Source: Hydrolagus colliei (taxonomy: Eukaryota). Taken from it: 64,000 nt of DNA. The stretch covers positions 3,162,001 through 3,226,000 of the forward strand of contig CM068742.1 in the NCBI GenBank assembly GCA_035084275.1. The letters are read 5' to 3'. The notes under the pieces were generated by a model, which did not search any database, had not been told where the DNA came from, and saw only the letters and a list, made by a program, of their open reading frames with translations. Shown in pieces: positions 52,173-62,000 of this stretch (the first letter of the stretch is position 1; each line of letters starts with the position of its first letter). A program made the translations under genes and the position numbers.

Positions 52173-52615
52173 TGGAGTCCTGTAGCTTAGTGTTAGAATA
52201 CTCGCCTCGCAGGCGAGAAGACCTGGATTCAATTCAACAGCAACAAAAACAACTTTGATTTACATAGCGCCCTCCACGCCGGACGGCATCTCCTGGGCAG
52301 AGCGCAATTCTGGGCAAGTCTCCTTACTTCAAACACCACTGTTTACTTAGCAGTAAGTAGGAATCTGGCTGTTGGTCGATTGGTGGATAGCTTATCTGGG
52401 GGCTGATAATTCCATTAAAAAAATAAGAATTGCATCACTCAATCTACGACTGTTTATGGGACACTGCTGTGTGCAATTGGCTGCCCCATTTTGCCCATAA
52501 AATATGCAGCCAATTCACTTTACAGTATATTCTGCTCTTTAAGACATCTTGTTGATGATATAGTGCTTTATCATTGTTGGTGATATCAGGTGCTATAGCA
52601 AATGCAAGGATTATT
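52173..52615 (+). mobile_element. tRNA-derived composite SINE, long form, with an L2 tail inserted in the head
   Basis: TGTAGCTTAGTGTTAGAATAC head, TGGGCAAGTCTCCTTAC..CTGTTTACTTAGCAGTAAGTAGG, Deu-like part, ATGCAAGGATTATT tail; antisense L2-B tail at about 52236-52291. Confidence 0.85.
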
Positions 52616-53401
52616 TAGTCACTATGCCCCAATACATTGAAACTCCCTCTCTCAACTGTTTGGCTTCTTCCCATTCTTTCTCTTTGACCGCACCCACAGT
52701 TACCTTCCCCCTTCTCCATAGCTTGTCTGCGGGCTCCACCGTTCTTAACCTCTCCAAGACGCCACCTGGCATGGAGGGTGCTAACTAAATGCAAGTTGTT
52801 TTTTGTCATTATTTTAGTTAATATGGGACATGAACATACAACTGATTTGGAATCAAAGGTGCCCACCCACTGAGTCAATCGTTACCTATTTTGTCACGTC
52901 AGCAGGGTTACGCAACAGCAAATATATCCAATGGGGAATAATGTTTTTAATATTGTTTGTTGTGGAGCCAGTCACAGCGATATTATCTCAAGGCATAGCT
53001 TGAATTCCTTCGGTCCTAGACCCCATTGCTGAGGAAAAGCGTAGAACTCTGATACTCACCAGAGGAATTGAGAGAAAGGAAACCAAGGAAAAGATAATCA
53101 GTAATACACTCATTTCTTATCATTAGTGCACAATGTACTTGCGATATCCTAATTCAAAATAATGTTTTGTTTTGCTCAGATGTCACCCATGAAACCACAA
53201 TGGTTAAGAGTACCCAAAACAAATAACTGAGAGTTCTACATTAGCATGGAGATTTCTGTTTGTCTGGCACATAGTGAGAGACGTACACTAATCTTCTGTG
53301 TTCAGTAGTGCAGGTTGCTAAGAGCCAAGGCTCAAGGACCTAAAAGTGTGGGTTGTTGGTCTGGACTGTAATTCCAGCAGTCCTGTTTGGCACTGTTTCT
53401 G

Positions 53402-55075
53402 ACATAGAATCATGGAATCATACAGCCCTGAAGGAGGCCATTCACCCCATCATGTCTGCGCTGGCTCCGAAAGGAGCTGTCCAACTCAATCCCCCCTGGC
53501 CCCCTTTCTCTCCATAGCCCTGCAATCCTGTCCTCCCCACATATGCATCTACTTCTCTCTTAAAAGTTTTTAATGAATCGGCTTCCACTACCCTTTCCAA
53601 TGCATTCCAGATCCGAACAACTCGCTGAGTGAAAAAAAAAATCTTAACCTCCCTTCTGTTTCTTTTGACAACTATCTTAAATTGGTGTCCTCAGGTTGCT
53701 GACCCATGTGGCAGAGGAAGCAGTTTTTCCCGGTTCAACCTATCAATTCCCGTTCTGATCTTGAAAACTTCTATTCAATCCCCTCTTAGTCTTCTCTAAG
53801 CGCGATGCAAGTGTAATGTTATTGTTCTTCTCTGCTCTCGGGAGAATAACCCTATGTTGGCTAACCTTTCCGCATAACTAAGGTCCTTCATTCCTGGTAC
53901 CGTCCTAGTAAATCTCTGTTGTACTCTCTGCAATGCCTTAACATCTTTCCTAAAGTGTGGTGCCCAGAAATGAACAGAGTACTCCAGCTGAGGCCTAACC
54001 AGCATTTTATAAATATTCATCATAACCTCCTGACTTTTGTATTCTATGCCTCTATTTATAAATCCTAGTATCCCGTATGCTTTTTTTCAAGAAAAAAAGA
54101 GTTTTAATCTACCTGTCCTGCCAACTTAAAAGATTTGTTTGTATGGATCCCCCAGTAATCTTTGCAGAGGCAAAGTACTCATTCAGTGCATCAGACATGC
54201 CTCTGCCTCAACAAGAAGATTTCTAGTTCCACTTGGAACTAAGAAGATTTCTAGTTCCACTCTACCTTTGACTAACCTTTTCTTCATTATATGCTTATAA
54301 AATACCATGGTGTTCCCTTTAATGTTTCCTGCTAATCTTTCCTCGTGAAATCTCTTTGCTCCTCTTATTTTCCTTTTCACTTCTACTCCGTACTTCCTAT
54401 CTTCTATTTGAGTATCCTGTGTGATTTGGACCTGACATTTGTCATAAGCATCCTTAATCCTCCAGATAGGTTTGACTGTCCTACTTATCCCTTTTGTAGA
54501 AATGTATATGCTCTGTCCCAAACTATCTCATCCTTGAAGGCTTCCCATTGATCATTTGCTGTCTTACCTTCCAACCTATCCTGGCCATGTCCCTTTTTAG
54601 CTCAATGAAATCAGTCTGAAATTAGCCTGCTTCCAGCTGAGGATCTTTACGTTGGATTGGTTGTTGTCCTCTCCATGACTATTCGAAACCTAATGATGTT
54701 GTGATCACTGTTGTTCAGATGCTCTCCCACTGAAACATGCTTCACTTGCCCCATTTCACTTCCCAGAATTAGATCCATCACAACTTCCTTCCTCGTTGGG
54801 CTGGAAACATGCTGATCCAGAAATAATTCCTCCCCCTCCTTGCCCTTTACACTGTGTTCCACTGTGTTTCCCAGTCTATGGGGGATGATAATTGATGTCC
54901 TCCATTATGACTACTCCATTGGTTTTGCATCTTTCCAAAATCTGCTTGCAGATTTTCTCATCTGTCTCTTTCCCACTATTTGGTGGTCTATAGTAAATAC
55001 CTAACAGAGTAACAGCTCCTATTCTGCTCCTTAATTCTAACCAAATAGATTCAGACATCTCGACATCTGGAAACA
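53402..55075 (-). mobile_element. CR1 LINE, older, endonuclease region to 3' tail with most of the RT deleted
   Basis: ESIWLEL..GIYYRPPNS, PTRKEVVMDLIL..SDHNII (APE endonuclease), LVRPQLEY..WAPHFRKD, and CATAGAATCATGGAATCAT tail. Confidence 0.92.
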
Positions 55076-55450
55076 AATAGACATCTAGAAATAACATGGA
55101 GATAAGTGGATGATTTTAAATGTTTTGATTAAAAAAATAATAAATGTTGCAATGGTAAAATACCAATCACACAACTGTTTAGCACTGTGTATTAACAAGG
55201 ATTGTGTCTTGTGACATGACCTTTAATGACTACAGCAGAATAAAGTGAACTGTTTGGCTGTTTCCAATCTAACAGCTAAGTGGTAGTGTGTGAAGACAAC
55301 AATTTATCCATGAAACAATTTGTCCATTGGATTTCACTTCATTCAACTGTCATCATTACCTTTAATGCAAATCAATGTGCTGTGTTCCTGCACAGAGTGG
55401 AGATATAATCTGACACCAAACAACAGAGCCCGGATGCCAGTAATTTTCAA

Positions 55451-55554
55451 AATAATCCTTGCATTTGAAGTAGTCCTCACTTTACAAGCGAGACACCTGG
55501 GTTCGATTCCAGGCAGGGCAAAACCTTCCTTACTCTACCCACCTAATAATAATC
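55451..55554. mobile_element. Rearranged composite SINE: antisense tail stub joined to sense head fragment
   Basis: AATAATCCTTGCATTTGA (reverse of tail), then CTTTACAAGCGAGACACCTGGGTTCGATTCCAGGCAGGG..CCTAATAATAATC. Confidence 0.75.
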
Positions 55555-55664
55555 AAGAGGGAGCATATAGATTAGGAAGAGGAGTGGGCCAAGTATGGAG
55601 CCAGGTAACCGGGTGAGAGCACAAGGAAAAGCCATTTGTGGTGATGTGCGGCTGGTGGTTTGTG

Positions 55665-56082
55665 AGACTGGACTCGAACCAGGAGAGGATCGATTTCAAG
55701 ATCCTCACTCTTGTTTTTACGTCACTCTATTCTCTACATTCCCCCTACCTCTCTGACCTCCTCTCTCCCCAGTACAACACCCGTTGCCTTCGCTCCTCCA
55801 GTTCTGGTGTCCTCCTTGTCCCCCGAATTCTCCGCTCCACGATCGGCGACCGTGCCTTCAAGCCACTACGCTCTGAAGCTCTGGAACTCCCTTCCTCATT
55901 CCCTTCGCCTCGCCCCCTCTCTTCCTAGTTTCAGGACTCAGTCGAAGACCTTTCTTTTTGACCGTGCCTTCGGTTCCCCTTTTCCCAATCCCCCTTGGCT
56001 CGGGCCCGGGATACGTTATTGTGAAGTGCTCTGAGACACCGTCTGGCGTGAAGGACGCTATATAAATCAAAGTTGTTGTTGC
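55665..56082 (+). mobile_element. L2 3' end, subfamily B
   Basis: ERIDFKILTLVF; highly similar to 2860-3272 including the tail. Confidence 0.92.
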
Positions 56083-56329
56083 TTTGCCATTCATCCAAAC
56101 TATTTATTCTCGAATCCTTGGCATACACTTAATGCTTCAGAGCAATACTAACTGCAGAAACCACATACTGTGCATTGACATGCATCATATCTAATTAAAA
56201 TCTTAAGGAAATATCTTAAATATCTTAAATAATATTCCCCCATTGTGAATTCCCAACTGTGTCATTGTATGGTATGATACCTGGGGATTATAATTAGACA
56301 GGCAGCATGCCATGGCTGGATATGTCATG

Positions 56330-56672
56330 ATCTTGAGATGTTAATCCTGACCCACTGAATATTCTCAGCACGTAAATATTCTTAAATTAGATCAGGGATG
56401 ATTGCTTCGCACAAGACTGGAGAGACCATTTTTTTCTGATACAACGTTAAACTCGAGTTCCCTTCTGCCTGGTCAGGTAGACATGAAACATCCCATGGCA
56501 CAAATGGAACAGAGAGGAGAATATTCTACCAAAGTTCTAGCCAACATTCCCCAAAAGATGGAACATTGCTTAGCACAAATTGGCTGCTGTGTTTGCCTAC
56601 AAAATACAGTGTCTACATTTTACAGTATATCCTCCCAATGTGAAAGATGCTATACCAAATGCAAGGATTTAT
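56330..56672 (+). mobile_element. SacSINE1-like fragment
   Basis: CAGGTAGACATGAAACATCCCATGGCAC, AATTGGCTGCTGTGTTTGCCTAC, ATGCAAGGAT tail. Confidence 0.7.
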
Positions 56673-56691
56673 TAATTATATATATTTACTT

Positions 56692-58120
56692 ACAACAACA
56701 ACAACAAAATTAGATGTGTATAGCACCTTTCACATCAGGAGAATGTCCCTAGGCACTGAACAGTCGGTAATTCAGACCCGAGCTGGGGTCAGGATGGGGA
56801 GGATGGAGGGAAAGGAGGGGATTTGGGGTGATTGGTGGGACTGTCGAAGAGGAGGGATTGAGGTGGGACTTGAGGGAAACTAGAGAGGGAGTAGATGGGC
56901 TGCGGGATGAAAATCCAGAGATTAGGAGGAGAGTGGTTGTTAGCTAATGGTGGGACAGAGGACACGGAGGAGGCAGGAGTGGAGGGAGGGGGCAGGTTGG
57001 TAGGGGCTTAGGAGGTCGCAAAGGTACAGTGGGGTGAGGCCATGGAGGGCTTTGAAGGTGATGACCAGGATGTTGAATTGAATCCTCTGGGTAATGGGGA
57101 ACCATTGGAGTCAGTGAGAATAGGTGAGATGGTGTCATGGAGCTTGAAGCATGGAGGACACAGGCCACAGAGATCTGGAAGATCTGTAGCCTATAGAGGG
57201 AGGAATTGGAAAGGCCAACAAGTAGGGCATTGGCATGGTCAAGCCTGGATGTGATGAATGCATGAATGAGGGCACCAGCGGCCTGAGGGGTGAGGTAGTG
57301 GCAGAGTTGGGCAATGTTGCGGAGGTGAGAGAAGGCAAAGTGGCTCATGACTTGGATGTGGGGGAGGAAAGACAGTTGAGGATTGAACAAGACACCTTAT
57401 TTCCTGACTGGGCAGGTGAGGTGTTGGGTGCAACCATGGAGGTTGATGCTGCCAGTGCCAGATATTTGAATCCACTGGTGTGAGCCAATCAGGAGGGCCT
57501 CGGTCTTGTTGACTTTCTACTATAGAAAGTTAGCTCTCATCCAGGACTTGATGTCTGTCAGGACAGCAGTGGTCTTGGAATCGAGGGTAGAGACAGAAAG
57601 ATAGAGTTGGCTGTCATCCACATACATGTGGAAGTTGACCCCATGTCTGCGGATGATGTCACCAAAGGGGAGCATGTAGATATTCAAAAGTAGGGGGCCA
57701 AGGACAGAGACTTGATGAATGTCACAAGTGACAGTTTGGGGGCTAGAGGAGAAGCTATTGGTGGCAACAAAATGGAGTCAGTGAGAAAGGCAGCAGTCGA
57801 AATAGGTGAGGGCAGATCCGTGAATATTGATCAGGGAGGAGAGCAGGTGTAGGTGGATGGAGTAGTCGACAGTGTTGAAGGCAGCAGAGAAGTCAAGGAG
57901 GACAAAGGATGGAGAGAGAGAGACCTGATCACAAATGTTCAAAATGTCATTGGAGACTTTGACCAGGGCTGTATCCATGCTATGGGTAGCGCAGAAACCA
58001 GATTGTAGGAGTTCAAAGAGGGAATGGCGATAGAAAATGAGAGGAGCTGGGACGCAACAACTCATTCTAGAGCCTTAGAGAGGAATGGGAGGTTGGAGAT
58101 GGGGCATTAGCTGGAGACTA
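56692..58120 (-). mobile_element. L2 LINE, RT domain to 3' tail, degenerate
   Basis: LQSGFCATHSMDTALVKVSNDIL, LLDFSAAFNTVD, HAFITSRLDHANALL, (AAC)n tail. Confidence 0.93.
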
Positions 58121-59484
58121 GTAATGGGTCCAGGGAATGTATTTTCAGGAGTGAAAATACATTTTCTAGCACTCGCGAGGGGTAGGAAACAGTTTTGCGT
58201 CTTTTCCAGAGAAAACAAAACACAAGTTTTAACATTACAATCTGCTGCAACCTATCAAGAGCATTCTACCTGCTTTCTGAGGAGTCTGAATTAAACAGAC
58301 TGATAAAACACCACAAGTACAATACATTGTAAGTGTCTGCTGGAGCTAAGGATGGGAGCTATTGTTTGAGGAGGGCAGGCAGCCAGAATTGAGCAGCAGA
58401 GATTTAAAGATGGATAAATATTTTGGATGTTTGCCTGATAGACTTTTGAAATCAAAGAGTTTTTATCCAGAATTTTCCCTCAGGAGATTAAATATTTGTT
58501 GGACATTTTCTAAAGAAATCTGTAAGTGAATTTATTATTTGGGGCATTTAACAAATCTACGTATATTTTGTGCAACAAAAATTGCAACAAATAAATGATT
58601 TTGTAAAATACTAGATATGACTTTGTTGGACACTATGCTGTACCATTGGTTTTGAATCACTTTTACTATGTAGATGTGTTGTTTGATGTGTTGATTAAAA
58701 TTCTGGTGTAATTTAGATTTCTGCAGCTTCATTTAATCATTTTCACTGTGTGGCATTTGCAAAACAGTAGCAGAATATACAGCCAAGTCAATTCAGAAAC
58801 ATCTTCAGTTTTGGTCGTTTAGAAGCACTTTCAAAAATGATATACCACAAAAAATTTTGCTGCAGTATTCTTGGCAAAATAACAGAAGCAACAGAAATAC
58901 AAATTGCATATAAAGAATCTGTGGATGATCGTCTCTCACATGCCACAGCAGTTAGAGCTTGTCTTTTCATGTTGAAAAATCAGATTCTTAGCAAAAATAA
59001 TAATCCTTGTTTTTGATATAGCACTTCATCTTCAAGATGTCTTAAAGGGCTGCACAGAATTTCAAAATGGACTCCATGTCATTCTAATGTTAATGGACTG
59101 TGCATTTTGTGGATAAACGTACAATACAGTAGTACAATATTTTATTCAGTTGCCTTCCACAGATTAGAATACACAGATTAGCCGCCCTACACAAACTAGT
59201 CACCAATGGGAAATGTTACCAAATGTGAAATGAACTGAATAAACATGAGTTATTGTTGTTGCATTGTGTTGCTGCTCTGCTTTCTAACTACACTCTACTG
59301 GAAACCCTTCACCTGGTCTATGTCAGACCAGAAATACAGTGTAACAATAAGTTCACAGTTATAAAATGCCTTTCAACTATGGAGAACATTTTAACTTAAT
59401 TGACGGAGCTGACTGGGAGTCCGAGCTGGATTTGGGGATGCTCGGGGAAGGAAGGGAAGTGAAAGGTGACCAGAGCCTGGGTGG

Positions 59485-59935
59485 TAAGAACATAGAACAT
59501 AAGAAATAGGAGCAGGAGTAGGCCATTCGGCCCATCGAGCCTGCTCCGCCATTCAATCATGGCTGATATTCTACTCTAACTCCAGCTACCTGCCTTATCC
59601 CCATACCCCCTAATCCCTTTATAAATGAGAAATCTATCTAACTCAGTCTTGAATATGTTCAAGGACTGAGCATCAACAGCCCTTTGGGTAAATAATTCCA
59701 TACATTCACTACCCTCTGAGTGAAGAAGTTTTTTCTCAACTCAGTGCGAAAGGGCTGAGCCCTAACTTTAAGACTGTGACCCCTGGTTTTATATTCTCCA
59801 ACCAGGGGAAATAATCTCACACTATCTACTTTGTCGTGCCCCTTAATAATCTTATAGGTTTCTATAAGATCCCCTCTAATTCTTCTATATTCCAGAGAAT
59901 ATAGGCCTAAATTAATCAACCTATCATCATAACTC
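59485..59935 (-). mobile_element. CR1 3' end, second subfamily ((TTCTTATG)-type tail), nested in an L2 remnant
   Basis: LGLYSLEYRRIRGDLIETYK..TRGHSLK..FFTQRVVNVWN; flanked by GGGTGGTAAG (59479-59488) and GGGTTGTAAG (59936-59945), a probable TSD. Confidence 0.92.
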
Positions 59936-60959
59936 GGGTTGTAAGGTTGCAGGAGATCGCAAAGTAGGGTGAGGCTGTGAAATGAATTGACTGTAAATCA
60001 CACGGTAGAAACACTAATACCAGCTAAAGGTTACAGTGGTAAACAATCTCCTATCGACTTACACAAGCAATTAAGAGTATGTCACATGGTCGAAGATGGC
60101 AGGAAGTTTGCACTGCTGCAAACCTGAGCTATAACGGGTTTCAAAATATCAGCTTGGATGAAGCAGGAGCTACCTGATCTTAACTGATTTAATTTTATCC
60201 TTCCAATTTGATAAGGCACTACTATATCAAATGCAAGTATTATTGTTGTCATAATTATTATTATTATTATTATACTAGCTTCATTCGGTCGATATCCTGG
60301 AACTCAGAGTTCAAAAAGTGCTGCATTCAAAAACAGATTTTTTTTGTGAAAAAAATGAATAATTCAGTGTTGGAAAATCAAGTTTGTGAAACAAGCAATA
60401 ATAATAGAATGTCTCAAAACATCACAGAATATGGGGAGAACAAGTTTGCAAAGCTATGGGGAGAGCGCGGGAGAATGGGATTAATTTGGACAAATCTTTT
60501 CAAAGAGCCGGCACAGACACAATGGGCCGAATGATATATTGCAAAGTGTAGTAACTGTATTTTTCTTAGGTGAACTATACAGTACCAATGACTGAAATTT
60601 ACACTGTTTCATAATTGTACCTGATCTGAATAATGCATATAAATTGAAAGGCTACCAAAATGTAACCTCATTAAGGTTTAATCTCTTTGCACCTCCATCC
60701 CACAAAACTTCACCATGCTTCCTCCCTTGCCTCCTTAAAAGCCTGTCTCAAGACGCAACTTTTCGACCATGCCTGTGCGCCCTCCGTCATCCCAGCGCTG
60801 CTACCCCAACTCTCCCCCCCCACCCCCCAAATTCAATTGGGTTTACAGACCAGGCAGCACATTGTTTTGCCACACCATTGAGTATGTGCAATTCATTCAT
60901 GAGCATAGACTATTTGTTTGTTTTTTTACAAAGGGGCTACAGGCCAAGAGCCAATTAAA

Positions 60960-61160
60960 GTAAAACAAAAAATATCCTTGCATTTGATGTCGCGCTTTTC
61001 ACATCTTCTATGGGTCTTAAAGAGCTATCACTCAGTCCACAACTATTTGTGGACTGAGTGATCCACAAATAGTGGATTACTGAGTACATTCTGTGAAGCA
61101 ATTCGAGACATCCAGAAGATGTGAAAAGTGCTATATCAAATACGAGGATGATTATTATTA
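60960..61160. mobile_element. Two composite-SINE tails in divergent orientation joined by a palindrome
   Basis: Minus-strand tail 60970-61025, plus-strand tail 61085-61160, 16-bp perfect stem at 61027-61062. Confidence 0.75.
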
Positions 61161-61177
61161 TCACTATTATCACCACT

Positions 61178-61545
61178 GTGACCTCCTAAACCCAAAACTA
61201 CCAATCCACATTCTCCACTCAGTGGGCTCCGGCCTACTTTACGTCCCCCGTCTTGCCTGCCCCACCATTGGTTTAAGAAAATAACTCTAAGTAGGATGTT
61301 AACTTTCAATATCCATGCTCCCACACTTCTGGAACTCCAGTTCACAGATCCTCTGCCTAAACCTCTCCCTTGCCTCCTTCAAGACTCATGTCAAGATGCT
61401 CCTCTCTGACTGTGCCTTCGTTCACCCTACTACGCCTGCTCTCCACACCCTCCTGATCCTATCCACCAGCTCAGGTGCGGATCCATGATTGGCCAATGCC
61501 CTCATTTTGAGGTGAAAAGTGCTAAAGAAATATAATTTGTTATTG
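61178..61545 (+). mobile_element. L2 3' fragment
   Basis: LHSVGSGLLYVPRLACPTIG; CTTCAAGACTCATGTCAAGA; degenerate tail. Confidence 0.75.
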
Positions 61546-62000
61546 TTAAATTGCACCTTTCCAGTCTGGAGGACACCACAAGATGCTGAACAGTCAAGGG
61601 GTTGGATCCGAGCTGGGGGTTCGAATCAAGAAGGGTGGATGACAGGAGGGGTGGGGGTGGGAGGATGATCAAATGCATGGTCAAAGAGGAAAGTCTTGAG
61701 ATGGGCCTCGAACAACAACAACAACAGCAACAAAATTACATTTATAGAGCGCCTTTCACGCCGGGAGGACATACCTTGAAGGTGGCAAGGGAGGGATTTC
61801 AGGGTGGAGTTCCAGAGGGTGGGGGACAGAAAAGCTGAAATCCTGATCACTAACTGTGAGGCGGGCAAGACTGGGAGTCATTAAGCAGGTCAGTGCATGT
61901 CGAGCTGACAGGTCGGTGTGATGTTAACTGGTTAGAGCGGTTGGGAGGAGTATGAACATGGGAGTCTTGAAAAGTGAGAATGAGGATTATAAACTCAAGA
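61535..62000 (-). mobile_element. L2 3' fragment with a nested 61-bp L2 tail
   Basis: PTLWNSTL..HLKTFLFDHAF split by an insertion at 61713-61773. Confidence 0.85.
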
